A stretch of 64,000 bases of DNA from Octopus sinensis (Eukaryota), in assembly GCF_006345805.1 (NCBI RefSeq), contig NC_043010.1, positions 56,296,001 through 56,360,000 of the forward strand, written 5' to 3'. Positions 12,599 through 26,012 of the stretch are shown in pieces; position 1 is the stretch's first letter; every line of letters begins with the position of its first letter. A program made the position numbers and the translations under genes. Under the pieces are notes generated by a model. It saw nothing but the letters and a program-made list of their open reading frames with translations, was not told the origin of the DNA and searched no databases.

Positions 12599-12875
12599 TC
12601 ACGTGACCGACCAGACCATCAGATGTTGTTACACATCGCTGGTCACAATGCGTTCGCATTGTTTTAGCCTTCGAATGACGCCACCCCGCTGGCTAAGCGA
12701 GCAGGCCAACAGAAGAAAGAGTGAGAGAAAGAGTGGTGAAAGAGTACAGCAGGGATCACCAACCCCTGCCGGAGCCTCGTGGAGCTTTTTTTAGGTGTTT
12801 TCGTTCAATAAACACTCACAACGCCCGTTCTGGGAATCGAAACCGCTGCCCTAGCCACTGGGCCATTGCGCCTCC
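12599..12875 (-). mobile_element. tRNA-derived SINE (family C); a partial relative lies at ~33118-33230
   Basis: Minus-strand head GGAGGCGCAATGGCCCAGTGGCTAG...TTTCGATTCCC with A and B boxes. Confidence 0.7.
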
Positions 12876-12886
12876 ACACACACACA

Positions 12887-12917
<31 letters not shown>

Positions 12918-12991
12918 CATGTATGTATGTATGTATGTATGTATGTATGTATGTATGTATGTATGTATGTATGTATACACGCACACATATA

Positions 12992-13882
12992 CAGGGTGCG
13001 ATGGGTGAACTATCGCCATTTTATATTCTTTATTTTGCGCATGTGCATTGTCTGTTTTAGATTTTGTCGACTACGCAATATAGTAGGGTCAGTTGGGCAC
13101 CGTCTGCGAGAAAAAACAGGACCATGACACAATTGATTCTGCCAGAAATTTGGAGACAACACGCTGTACTGCTCGGCAATTGTGCTGGAAGCTCCAATAC
13201 AAACATTTCAGAGTGTTTAGGTGTCAATCTGCGGACAGTGCAATCTGAGGACATGTACCGAGAGTGATAAAAATCAAACATCTAGTCAACACCATGGTGT
13301 TTGGAGTGATCACTATAGTGATGGCAACATCATGCCTCCATTCATCTTCCCATATAGCCTCAGACTCAACATGGATTCCTACATAAAGTGCCAAAAGGAG
13401 GTAGTGCTGCCCTGGCTCAAGAGAGTGGCTGCTGGAAGACCCTATGTCTGGCAACAGGACTCTGCACCATGCCACACAAGCAAGAGAACCCAGTCGTGGC
13501 TGTCGGACAATTTATGCGACCACATCACCCCTAACAACTGGCCACCTAACTCCCCCGACTGGAACCTCCTTGATTAATATGTGTGGGGCACAGTTAAGTG
13601 AGAGACCAAAAAACTCCTTGTAACACCAAAGATGAACTGAAGGCAAGGATTATGACAGCATTCACTAACTTAAACAAGGAGACCGCCCAGAAGAGTTGCA
13701 GCAGATTCCGAAATCGTCTGGAGGCCATGGTTGAAGCCAATGGCGATTTTATTGCATAAATTTACTCTTTAGTATTTCAAGATATTTTAATGCAATTTTG
13801 GTAAATACATCTGTTAAAATGAAATGTCAGTGTTATTTTCATTTTGGCGTAATTTAAAGAACAGTTTACTCACCGCACCCTG
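12992..13882 (+). mobile_element. Internally deleted DD37D (maT-type) Tc1/mariner element
   Basis: TA-CAGGGTGCG...CGCACCCTG-TA; QQDSAPCH...WPPNSPDWNLLD with 37 residues between the two aspartates. Confidence 0.85.
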
Positions 13883-14831
13883 TATATATGGATGTTCGAA
13901 TGCATGTATAGACTGAGCTGTCTATACATACATACGAACATCCATATATACATGTACGTGAATCTGCACTATTTGATCTCTAGTTTGCTGTGGTGTTGTG
14001 GCTATAATCCAGAATGCATGGTTAGTTAAATGCTGATAAAACACGTTACGATAATGAATAGGAAACATTTTTGCTCTTTCAGAACTGGAATATTCTATAT
14101 ACTCTTACTGTTACGCATATGCGTATACATATCTAAATTTGTATAACACATATATACACACACCTGCATAGATAAATAGCTACAGAGAGAGGGGAAGACA
14201 GAGCGACAGAGAGACAGACAGAGATACACACACGTACGCATGTGCATATATGTCTGTGTGTGTGTGTGTATAACACACACACACATATGTATGCATGTAT
14301 GTATGTATGTATGTATGTATGTATGTACGTATGTATGTATGTATGTATGTATGATGTATGTATGTATGTATGTATGTATATGTATGATGTATGTATGTAT
14401 GTATGTATGTATGTATGTATGTATGTATGTATGTATGTATGCATATATAAGACATAAGTACAAGTAAAAACTCAAACTTACTTACAGACACATACTTTCA
14501 TACTTGCATATATACTCATATACGTAACTATCTACATATACATATACATTGAGATATATATACATACAAATATATATATAGATATATATATATATATATT
14601 ATATATATATACATACAAATATATATATATGTGTATATATATATATACGATCAAACACATACATACATTCATTCATAGATTCATTCATACATATAGATAC
14701 ATAGAAAAATACATTGCCGGAAGGAGTAAAGCGAAACGAAAAATCGTTATTTAAATAGAGAAAAAGACAAAAAAAATTCTAACCAGAAATTACAAAGTCG
14801 TTTCCATGGTAACTGATTTTCGTTGTTGTTG

Positions 14832-14879
<48 letters not shown>

Positions 14880-15251
14880 CATTAGGTTGTCAGTTGACAT
14901 TTCCTGCGGGAATTTGAAGTTTTAAATCTGATCTATATTGATCTATCAAACACCATTAACTATTATTGTAGGTTTTAGTTTAGTTTTAACGGTTTACAGC
15001 CTGCAAAATAGCATTGTTGTTGTTGTTATTGTTGTTTTTTTCTGCTGCGGCTACTACTGTTGTTGTTGCTGCTGCTACTACTATTGTTGTTGGTGTTGGC
15101 GTTGATGGGAAAATTTGAATTCTTTCTAAATTGAACCGTTTGTTTCTAGAAATAAAAAAAGTACGAAAATACCAGTGAAGTGAGACGAAGAAATCACAGT
15201 AAAATGTCAAAAAAAAGTTGAAGAAATTTCTGATTTAATATTATTTCATAA

Positions 15252-15470
15252 AGCGGCGAACTGGCAAAATCGTTAGCACTCCGGACAAAATGCTTAGCAG
15301 CATTTCGTCCGTCTTTAAGTCCTGAGTTCAAATTCCACCGAGGTCGACTTTGCCTTTCATCTTTTCGGGGTCGATAAATTAAGTAGTAGTGAAACACTGA
15401 AGGTCGATGTAATCGACTTGTCCCCTGCCCAGAAATTTCAGGCCTTGTGCCTTTAGTAGAACGGATTATT
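15252..15470 (+). mobile_element. tRNA-derived SINE (family B, Nin-domain-like) with (ATT)n tail
   Basis: GCGGCGAACTGGCAAAATCG head, B box GAGTTCAAATTCC, core GTCGACTTTGCCTTTCATC. Confidence 0.8.
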
Positions 15471-15894
15471 AATATTATTATTATTATTATTATTATTATC
15501 CATTAGGTTGTCAGTTGACATTTCCTGCGGGAATTTGAAGTTTTAAATCTGATCTATATTGATCTATCAACACCATTAACTATTATTGTAGGTTTTAGTT
15601 TAGTTTTAACGGTTTACAGCCTGCAAAATAGCATTGTTGTTGTTGTTATTGTTGTTTTTTTCTGCTGCGGCTACTACTGTTGTTGTTGCTGCTGCTACTA
15701 CTATTGTTGTTGGTGTTGGCGTTGATGGGAAAATTTGAATTCTTTCTAAATTGAACCGTTGTTTCTAGAAATAAAAAAAGTACGAAAATACCAAGTAAAA
15801 CATAAAAGAAATCACAGTGAAGTGAGACGAAGAAATCACAGTAAAATGTCAAAAAAAAGTTGAAGAAATTTCTGATTTAATATTATTTCATAAA

Positions 15895-16112
15895 GCGGCG
15901 AACTGGCAAAATCGTTAGCACTCCGGACAAAATGCTTAGCAGCATTTCGTCCGTCTTTAAGTCCTGAGTTCAAATTCCACCGAGGTCGACTTTGCCTTTC
16001 ATCTTTTCGGGGTCGATAAATTAAGTAGTAGTGAAACACTGAAGGTCGATGTAATCGACTTGTCCCCTGCCCAGAAATTTCAGGCCTTGTGCCTTTAGTA
16101 GAACGGATTATT
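15895..16112 (+). mobile_element. SINE family B, duplicated copy
   Basis: Essentially identical to 15252-15470. Confidence 0.8.
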
Positions 16113-16159
16113 GATATTATTATTATTATTATTAATCATCATCATCATCATTATTATTA

Positions 16160-17499
16160 TGTTCATATACACACAACAGATTAGACTGTTGGCAAACAAA
16201 CAAAATCCTAACATCGGTCAACAAATAACCTTAGATGCCAAGAACCCTCCTAAGTATCCTAGTTGTCCCTAATAACACTGTTTTCTGCAGCTGGACTAAA
16301 CTGGGTTTTATGCCTATTCCCTCTGTCAATCCGATCATATCTTCCAGATTTTTCATTCACAAAGTCAAGTGTGCGAAAGAAAACAAAAAAGAAAAAGCCT
16401 GCATGGCTTGTAATCGTTCTCACAGCGACAGAGCTCTCCTTAATACGTGTGACGTAGCAGATAAAACAAAATCTTTTCCACTTCTTGGATGGATGGATGG
16501 ATGGATGGATGGATGGATGGATGGATGGATGGTAAACGAGGGATCATTCTCGCAAAATTTTCCTTTCCTTTTCTGATCATTCCAAGGCCTTCCACAATCA
16601 CAGGTATTGTAACCGCCTTGGGATGCCACATTCTTTTCGATTTCAATCAGCAAATCTTTATATTTTCTGAGCTTGTCAAATTCTTTTGCCGAGATATTAT
16701 GATCACAAGGAATACTGACGCCGATCAATAAACAGACTTTATTGTTTTGATCTTTCACAACAATATCCGGCTCATTAGCTTTGATGGTTCTGTCTGTATG
16801 TACTGGAAAGTCTCAAAGAATCGTTACATTTTCTCCTTCATTTACAGCCTCGGTGGTTACTTATACCATTTGTCAAGAGATTTTATTTTATAATGTGAAC
16901 ATATTAACCAATGTAGATAATGGCCAACTCTGTCGTGTCTTCATTTATATTCCACTGGGGCTAAAATCTTACATCCAGAGATTAGGTGGTCCAGTGTTTC
17001 ATTCTCATCATTGAAGAATCGGCACTTTGGATCGACCCCATTTTTCATCACATTGGCTTGGTAGTTACGGGTCAATAAGCTCTGATCTTGAGCAGCTAAA
17101 ATAAAGCCTTCGCTCTCTGGCTACAGCCCTGTGCTCCGTAGTCACTGATCAACATCAGCTTGTTTACAACGGGCCACATATTTACCATGCACAAGTTTCT
17201 GTCCCCACCGATCGACCAATTGTTCGAACGCATTGCCATTGATTTCACCTTCTTTGCAACAACACTTGCTGCACCTCCATCATGTTTTCAATATGGATTT
17301 TATGCATGAACTCAACAGCAATGTGTTTTTTGCTCTCCCTCATGACTCTTCACCTGATTTTCAGCAAGTTTTAGCATCCAGTCGTTACACATTTTAAGCT
17401 CATTGGCCAACCTAGTTGTGGTGGTTTTGTAAAAGGTTTTAAATTAGATCAAGCCTCAACCTCCTTGGGCCCTGGAAAAGTAAAGACGATCCACGCCTG
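16160..17499 (-). mobile_element. Decayed R4/Dong-type LINE 3' regions, with two successive 3' ends, between (TAA)/(ATT) tracts
   Basis: [37 protein letters not shown] (stop at 16420) and a second [18 protein letters not shown] (stop at ~16232). Confidence 0.8.
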
Positions 17500-17517
17500 C
17501 TAATAATAATGATGATG

Positions 17518-17581
<64 letters not shown>

Positions 17582-17760
17582 ATTTTCAATATTTTCATGC
17601 AAGTTTCCACTGCATCACTTGATACTCCTCTGTCTTCATGATGTATCGATAAGATGGAGACCCGTGGTAGTAATTTGCAATGAAAAAAAAAATGAAGTTG
17701 GGTCAGAATTTGACGTGCAAATAACGGTAATGTATACGTGTATATATATATATATACACG

Positions 17761-17798
<38 letters not shown>

Positions 17799-17814
17799 CA
17801 TACATACATACATA

Positions 17815-18903
17815 CAGTTGTTGGACAAAATAGTAGAAGCACCTAGCATCATTGCATCATAATTTTGAAATATCTAGAAAACCGTCAAAAGCTTGTTTAT
17901 CTTTGTCTTTTGATTTATCATTAGTGTTGCTTAATATGTTTCGCTAAAATGGCTGGCATAACGAAAACAGCCGAAATGTTTGGTGTATCAAGAAGTACTG
18001 TCTCGAAAGTAATGACAGCCTTTGAGAAAGAGGGAAACACCTCCTCGTCGAAATAAAACTCCAGAAGAAAACCTAAACTTTCAGATAGGGACCGTCGGAC
18101 TCTTATGCAAATTGTAAGAAAGGATCAGAAATGTACAGCTCCCAAAATTACTGCAGAGCTTAATGATCACCTCGAGAACCCAGTTTCTACAAAAAATTCA
18201 CCGGGAGCTGCACAAAGCCGGATTTCATGGGCTACAATCAGAAAACAACTACTTTCAGAAACAAACGTTGCAAAGCATTTAGAGTGGAGTAAAAACCTAC
18301 AGAATTGGTCCCTAAAGCAGTGGAAGAATGTTATTTTCTCAGACGAGTCATCCTTTACCTTATTTCCGACCACCAGCCGGGTATACGTGTGGAAACAGCC
18401 AAAAGAATTTGACCCAGACTGCCTTCTTCCGATTGATAAACATGGAGGAAGATCTGTGATGATCCGGGGGTGGGGCTATATCTTGGGAATCCACCAGCCC
18501 AATGGTTTCCCTTCATGGCAGAATTAATAATCAAGACTATTTAAGTATTTTATCTGATCCAATTCATCCTATGGTAGCGGAACTGTTTCCAGGGGAAAAC
18601 GCAATCTTTCAGGATGATAATGCACCAATTCACACAGCTAAAGTTGTTACTGAATGGCATGAGGAACATTCTAGTGAAGTTGAAAATCTTATCTGGCCAC
18701 CACAGTCCCCAGATCTGAATATTATTGAACAATTTAGAAAAACATGTAAGGAGTCGATATCCTCCACCATCATCACTACAAGACCTGAAGACTGTTTTAG
18801 TTGAAGAATGGATAAAAATTACTGCCAAAGGTGGACCTACTCCTTTATGAAAATAAATTTGTTTGAAATTTTAAGGTGTTTCCATTATTTTGTCCAACCC
18901 CTG
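17815..18903 (+). mobile_element. Decayed Tc1-like DD36E element, copy 1
   Basis: TIRs CAGTTGTTGGACAAAATA / TATTTTGTCCAACCCCTG; VIFSDES, FQDDNAPIH, WPPQSPDLNIIE. Confidence 0.9.
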
Positions 18904-19071
18904 TGTGTATATATACATACATATGTGTGTGTGTATTTGTGTGTGTGTGTGTGTATGCAAGTATGTATATACGTATGTATGTGTGTGTGTATATGCAAGT
19001 ATGTATATACGTATGTATGTATGTATGTATGTATGTATGTATGTATGTATGTATGTACGCGTGTATGTATG

Positions 19072-19102
<31 letters not shown>

Positions 19103-19308
19103 GTATGTATGTATGTACGCGTGTATGTATGTATGTATGTATGTATGTATGTATGTATGTATGTATGTATGTATAGGGTCCTATATTTTGTTCTACACAC
19201 AGTCCATTGTCTCATCACGCCACAAAACTCTTTTTTTTACTGAGCTATACAATAGATCTTAAACTATTTTCATTTTTGAAACATTATACCGCTGCTCTCC
19301 TCCCCCAC

Positions 19309-19339
<31 letters not shown>

Positions 19340-19560
19340 GTTCTCTCTCAATGTGTACTACATACACATGCACATATACACACAAACATACGTATATATA
19401 TATATATATATACATATATATACGCATACACACAAACATACGTGTATATATATCACTATGCCATACATATACACATACATATGTACACACTTGCACAGAT
19501 ACACACCATCACGTGACACATTTCCGTGCTACACAGTGTTGTCTTTCACCTCATCTTCTT

Positions 19561-19721
19561 CACCACCGTCGCCGCCGCCACCACCACCACCACCACCACC
19601 ACCACCACCACCACCACCACCACCACCACCACCACCACCACCACCACCACCACCACCACCACACCACCACCACCACCACAACCATCACCACCACCACCAC
19701 CACCACCACCACCACCACCAC
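19561..19721. repeat. (CAC)n microsatellite
   Basis: Seen directly in the sequence. Confidence 0.95.
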
Positions 19722-20909
19722 TGATTACATTCCGGACATAGAAAACTCTAGAATATAAATCATTCTGACACTCAGCTACTGTCCCCTATCTCTGACCCCA
19801 CTTAGGAATCTTACCCAGCAAATTCCAGCCAAATCTTTTACCTTGTTGACAACGTCAGTTAGATAAAAGAGGGGGATGGGGCCAATAGGGGGGATTTAGA
19901 ATATTTGGAGAGATAATGAATGCCACCACATCCAGCCACCATCTTGCACAGACATTGATAGGGTCTTTATTACCATCTTAGATCGTTCATCACAAAAGAT
20001 AAAACAGTGCTACACCACCTACCCTTTTTCACACGTAACCCCTATTCTGCATGTGAGTGTATGTGCGTGTGTGTGTGTGTGAGTGTGTGTGTGCGTGTGT
20101 GTGTGTGAGTGTGTGTGTGCGTGTGTGTGTGTGTGTGTGCGTGTGTGTGTGTGTGTAAGTGTGTGTGGTGTGTAAGTGTGTGTGCGTGTGTGTGCGTGTG
20201 TGTGCGTATGTGTGTGCGTGCGTGTGTGTGTGTGTGCGTGTGTGTGAGTGTGTGTGTGTGTGTGAGTGTGTGTGTGTGCATGTGTGTGTGTACGTGTGTT
20301 TTGTAACTGTTACCTATTTATCTTGGGGCCCTGACATGGACTGAAAAATACAGGAACGTCTTCACTAATAAATCGCACTGTTCAAACATCTGAGATGGCC
20401 GCCTCTAAGATATGCCTTAAATGTCAACGGAAGAAGAAACATAATTAAAGCAATGACTAGAAGAACTTATTCAGGGACTGTCTTCTGCACGAAAACTTTA
20501 TAGTTAAGTGCGTGTGTGTGCGCGCGCAAAGATGATGTAATGAGTTTAAAATATGTTATGAAAATGGAAAAAAAACATGGAGTTATTAAGGGAAGATAAC
20601 TCGATGGTTTAAATTAAAATTGAATGGGTGAGTGTTGACAGAGTGAGGGATGTGAACGTGAGGACTGTTCCGGTCTTGTTAGAAGTCCTCAGTAAAGACA
20701 CTCGGTGTGAAGTAATACCAGATATATATAATGAGTGACACAAAGGCGTGATGGTCATGGTTGGAGTACATTTGATTATAAGTAAGTTCAGTGAAGATGA
20801 GCCTTGGACTAAACAAGATATTTTTTACTCATGTAAAATAACTTGATTTTTAGAAACACCTAAGGACAGTTTTACACTGGTTTTTATGATATTTCGTCCT
20901 TTTTTAGAT

Positions 20910-21020
20910 TGGCTTCAAATTTTGGCGCAAGGCCAGCAAGTTCGGGGGAGGGGGATGAGTCGACCTCAGTGTCAACTGGTACTTATTTTATCGACCCAAA
21001 AGGATGAACGGTAAAGTCGA
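20910..21020 (-). mobile_element. SINE family B 3' fragment; similar fragments at ~42920-43030 and ~43945-44145
   Basis: GGTACTTATTTTATCGACCC..AGGATGAA..AAAGTCGAC. Confidence 0.65.
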
Positions 21021-21107
21021 CACACTTTATATACGGTGTGTGTGTATGAGTGCATGTGTGTGTGTGTGTATGTATGGATTATATTAGATTAGCAAGCAAG
21101 AAGCAAG

Positions 21108-21141
<34 letters not shown>

Positions 21142-21149
21142 TGCTTGTG

Positions 21150-21620
21150 CTCTACGTGATTGGGCTGGGGATATCCCAGGTTTGTGGTCGCAAAGGCCTC
21201 ATCGTGCCTAGAGCCGACCAGGTCTACCAGTGCCTCCCGTACCAGCCCCTCTACATCTGTCAAGATGACGTCGAACCTCTGCAGATCTTCCTTAATAACG
21301 TCCAGCCATCTGGTGCCACGAGGTCTCGTCTAATCCGCAGCTGCTGTATCGAACGGCATTAAGAACCTGACAAGATGATCTGGCGCTAGGCCGAAGATAT
21401 GTCCGTACGAGCGTAAGCTGCGGATTGCTGTAAGGAGGTGCGAAGCAGGCGGATGCATGCAGGCACGCAGTTCTTTGTTGAAAACACGATGGTACCATCT
21501 GGTGTTCCCGATGGCTCAGCCATCGAAGCTGTCAGTCCTCTCTGCTAAGGTATTCATGAGGGGCCATGGTTCTGCTTTATATGGAAGAACGCAGAGGGCA
21601 CAAGACATTGATCTACTGCT
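21150..21620 (-). mobile_element. RTE-clade LINE 3' fragment
   Basis: Minus-strand translation includes RWYHRVFNKELR, LRSYGHI and PRGTRWLDVIKEDLQ. Confidence 0.7.
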
Positions 21621-21673
21621 GCGGATGCTGCTGCGGATGCTGCTGCTGATGCTGCTGCGGATGCTGCTGCTGT

Positions 21674-21704
<31 letters not shown>

Positions 21705-21761
21705 TTCTCTTTTGTATTCATATGGAAACAGACATTTGTTTCATTTTCCTGCTCATTACGA

Positions 21762-21848
21762 TTCACCTCTGTTCACCTCTGTTCACCTCTGATCGCCTCT
21801 GCTCACCTGTGTTCACTCCTGATCACCCATGTTCATCCTTGTTCACTA
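21762..21848. repeat. Degenerate 10-bp tandem repeat (CTCTGTTCAC)
   Basis: Seen directly in the sequence. Confidence 0.75.
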
Positions 21849-22148
21849 TTGTCCGCCAAAATATTTTCTCGTTAGCATCACTCACCCATTCTTAGTGTCT
21901 TTCGAACCCAGATTGGGTCTTCTTCTTCTTCCTGCCCCTGCGCCTTGAAATTCAACTGTTTTCAAATTGTCTTCACTGCCAACCTTTTCACAAAACCCAA
22001 TAATTCTATAAATCATTGCATTTAACTTTGGCAGACATGTTCGCCACCACAACAGCGGAACATGTCCATGATTGTCTCATGCCATCAAATGTCTGACATC
22101 TTACAAAAGCACCGTAAATGGAAAGAATTCAGCTTCCACTTTCACACA

Positions 22149-22183
<35 letters not shown>

Positions 22184-22288
22184 TAATGGTTTTCTGTTCA
22201 GTTACAATAAAAAGAATTTTACATTAATCTCAAGAGTTATTCCGTACTTTTGTACAAATTTGTTTATTCTTTAACAAGAATAACACTG

Positions 22289-22333
22289 ACAGTGACTTCG
22301 AAGTTTCGGCCAGCGAAACCATCATCGGATTAT
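22289..22333 (-). ncRNA. Degenerate minimal type-I hammerhead motif
   Basis: Minus strand ATAAT-CCGATGA-TGGTTTCGCTGGCC-GAAAC-TTCGAA-GTC-ACTGT: palindromic stem III loop and GUC site, with one core substitution (U4C). Confidence 0.5.
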
Positions 22334-22759
22334 GGTGCATTAAGTTAATCTTAATATATACACACATACAGACAGGCGTGTATACACGTGTGTGTGCGCG
22401 CCCGCGTGTGCGCAGGTATCCGCGTGTATACACACACACACACACACATGTATAATGCGTGTGTGAGTATATATATATAGGTATGTGTATAGGTGTGTGT
22501 GTCTATAAATATATATTTGTATATATGTGTGTGTGTATTACAATCATAATTTATGTGCGTATGTGTCTGTATAAGTACCTATTAGTATGCGTATATTATT
22601 ATGTATATGTGTACGTGTGTATCTATTTGTATGGAATTTGGATAACGACAATGACAGATGAACTTTTATCATCGTTGAACTTTCTACATTGTCTTTGTAA
22701 GATGTTGGTTGGCTTTCTTTGCCTGAATCCCAGATTTTCGACATGACACCACTTTGCTA

Positions 22760-22920
22760 ACAACATACACTTATAGTCACTGGTATAATGTTGGGTAGCT
22801 GACCAACAGAACTGTACTTTCTGTCGTATGTAACTATATCAGGTTTGTTCCGTGCGGAAGCTTTGATGGGAATGTCCCACCAATAGGAACACACCCACCA
22901 ATATTTCTGGCATCGAAGAT
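22760..22920 (-). mobile_element. Small decayed R4/Dong restriction-like-endonuclease fragment
   Basis: WWDIPIKASARNKPDIV resembles the WD..I.T....NRPDIV motif seen in the other copies here. Confidence 0.45.
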
Positions 22921-22949
22921 ACACACACACACACATGGCTATATATATA

Positions 22950-23004
<55 letters not shown>

Positions 23005-23005
<1 letters not shown>

Positions 23006-23523
23006 CGTAAATCCTCGAGTATAATCCGCATTTTTTTCCAAAAATTTAAAGGTTAAAATCCCTAGTGTGAACGATATACGGGGTTAAAAATGAAAAATAT
23101 TTTCTAAGCAATGTCCGAGTCTCTATTTGCACTCCGGCAATGTTTATTCAGACGCATTTTGTGATGTCGGGCGCGAAAATACCTTAAGCTAAGACTGAAA
23201 GCAATGAAGTCATAAAAGAATCATCCATAACTTGCAGTAAGCAACATTTATTAAAATAAAAGTATTCAGAACACAGAATAACATGTAACAAAAACAATTT
23301 GCAAACATATTTACATTCCCATATAACTGTTAAGAACATCATTATTGTATTACGCATGCGCGGAAGTGTTTGTTCGACTAGGTGCTGCTGGCTTATTTAC
23401 GCACAACTCAAGTTAGAGAAGGGGTGTGTATTAAACACAAACTTTAGATTTTTCAGAAGTATAGCCCCCTAAAAATCCCCTGCGTATTATACTCAAGGGC
23501 GGATTATACTCGAGGATTTACGG
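23005..23523. mobile_element. pogo/Tc2-type MITE
   Basis: TA-CCGTAAATCCTCGAGTATAATCCGC / GCGGATTATACTCGAGGATTTACGG-TA perfect TIRs, with subterminal repeats. Confidence 0.88.
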
Positions 23524-23529
23524 TAACTT

Positions 23530-24535
23530 AGATAAAACGTAGATATGTTTCGACCAAAGCACCACCTGTTAGGATTATCTAAATCCTTTTTAAGTCAAAT
23601 TTTGTTTATGGCCCATTCAAGTAGTGAGTTCTTGTTGAGTGTGTTGTATCCAGGTATGGGTGGCTTATCTGGTATTCCTTTAAGAAACCTGTGCAGACTC
23701 CGTTTAAAGGTGATGGGATCCTTTTCCTCTTTAATCAGTTTTGCAACAATGTTAAACAGGGCAGGGCCTGTTTAATGGAAAGAAATTATGTCGCAGTGTA
23801 CCTATATCTTGTGATCCTGAATTGGGCAGGGGACATATGGCCCGTGGTCCCAGCCTTAGATGAACCTTGAAACTAATGTTCAGGTCATTTGGGCGATGCT
23901 GGCTGTATATTCTCCACATCGTGCAAATGATGTACCGCTCGCGGCGGCGCTGGAGAGAGTAGAATTTCAAGGCTTTAAAGCGGTCACAGTAATCGAGATC
24001 AGTCATGCCTTCAATTCGTTTAGTGAGTTACCCCTGGGGTGATTCAATTCTCGAGATGTTTTGTTTTGTATGGGGAGACCACAAGGGGCAGCAGCATTCG
24101 AGGTATGACCGTGCAAAGTAGGAGAAAAGAGGAATGATGACACCTTGTTCTCTGGACCGGAAGGATCTTAGGATCCAGGAGCTCATCCTACGAGCTATAT
24201 CGACCTTAGTGTTGATGTGGGCACTCCAGCTAAGATTGTTATCAACAATTACTCCTAGGTCTCTGATATTATTAGATGCTGTGAGCGGTTTCCCTGAAGG
24301 AAGAGAGTATGGCTGTTTTAGCATAGTCTTTCTTCCAAAATGCATCAGCTCAAATTATCCCTCGTTCAGTTGAATTTTGTTTTTATCTGCCCATTGACTC
24401 ACAGCATATAGATCAGACTGGAGTTCAGTTCGGTCTTCTTCTTCATTGATGATTTGCTGGAGCTTAGTGTCATCATTAAATATTTTCACTTTGCAGTGAT
24501 TTTAAAGAGGAGCGGGCCCAAGACAGTCCCTTTTG
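23530..24535 (-). mobile_element. Decayed CR1-clade LINE 3' portion
   Basis: GTVLGPLLF, DLGVIVDNNLSWSAHIN, YSLQRRRERY. Confidence 0.85.
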
Positions 24536-24865
24536 TGCATCCATATTTAGGATCAGGGCTATGGACTCTGTATTTAGGACAGCATTTGGGGAGGAGGTGA
24601 GGGCAGTTTTTTCCCGTTATACCAAATGGACAGGTGTCCTTACAAGTCTACGGCATAAGGTAGGATGGAAAAAAGCACAGCGTCCCTTGATGTTGGTGCC
24701 GCTGGGGCAAATCTACAGTTACTTTGAGAATGGTAACGACAGGGTTTTTGACGTGGGCATAGTAGACGTTTTTCTATACTGGCAGGCTCGTTGGTCAGTG
24801 GTCCTACTGTAGTAGCAGACTTTTGTTGTTGTTGTTGCTGTAGCGGCAGTGAAACTTGACTTGCT

Positions 24866-24909
<44 letters not shown>

Positions 24910-25075
24910 AGGAGAGAGAGAGAAAAAAAAAGAAGGGGAGAGAGAGAGCCGAAAGGAAATATTTTCTAGATACCCACCGGCAATCTTCCCAGCTAATGGT
25001 TTCGTACATTAACACCCATAACATCATAGCACCTTAATGACAAAGATTGAGACAGCCAGACAAACAGAGAGTTGA

Positions 25076-25132
<57 letters not shown>

Positions 25133-25331
25133 CAGACAAACAGACAGACAGGCAGACAGGCAGACAGGCAGGCAGACAGGCAGACAGACAGACATGCAGG
25201 CAGACAGACAGACAGACAAACAGACAAACAGACAGACAAACAAACAGACAGACAGACAGACATGCAGACATGCAGGCAGGCAGGCAGACAGGCAGGCAGA
25301 CAGGCAGACAGGCAGGCAGACAGACAGATAC

Positions 25332-25366
<35 letters not shown>

Positions 25367-25513
25367 GGCAGACAGACAGGCAGGCAGACAGACAGGCAGG
25401 CAGGCAGACAGACAGACAGACAGGCAGGCAGGCAGGCAGACAGACAGACAGGCAGGCAGGCAGGCAGACAGACAGACAGACATATAAATAGATAGACAGA
25501 CAGACAGACAGAC

Positions 25514-25566
<53 letters not shown>

Positions 25567-25704
25567 TACAGATAGATAGACAGGCAGGCAGGCAGACAGA
25601 CAGGCAGACAGGCAGGCAGACAGGTAGGCAGACAGACAGGCAGGCAGGCAGGCAGACAGGCAGGCAGACAAACAGACAGACAGGCAGACAGACAGACATG
25701 CAGG

Positions 25705-25738
<34 letters not shown>

Positions 25739-26012
25739 TGCAGACATGCAGGCAGGCAGGCAGGCAGGCAGGCAGACAGGCAGACAGACAGACAGACAGA
25801 CAGACAGACTGACAGATAGACAGACAGACAGGCAGGCAGGCAGGCAGACAGACAGGCAGGCAGGCAGACAGACAGACAGACAGGCAGGCAGGCAGGCAGA
25901 CAGGCAGGCAGGCAGACAGGCAGGCAGGCAGACAGACAGGCAGGCAGGCAGACAGACAGACAGATAGATAGATAGATAGACAGAGAGACAGATAGATAGA
26001 TAGATAGACAGA
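25076..26012. repeat. Long compound tetranucleotide array (GATA/GACA/GGCA)
   Basis: Seen directly; it accounts for the long SVCL/QTDR ORFs. Confidence 0.95.

Larger units (their letters stand above)
14879..16130 (+). repeat. Near-identical tandem duplication of a ~620-640 bp unit bounded by (ATT)n
   Basis: 14879-15499 versus 15500-16130; the copies differ mainly by a ~23-bp indel. Confidence 0.9.

Noticed and set aside
19207-19758. Poly-His, poly-Pro and poly-Thr ORFs
   Set aside because: A (CAC)n microsatellite that is open in all frames, with no splice or coding context.
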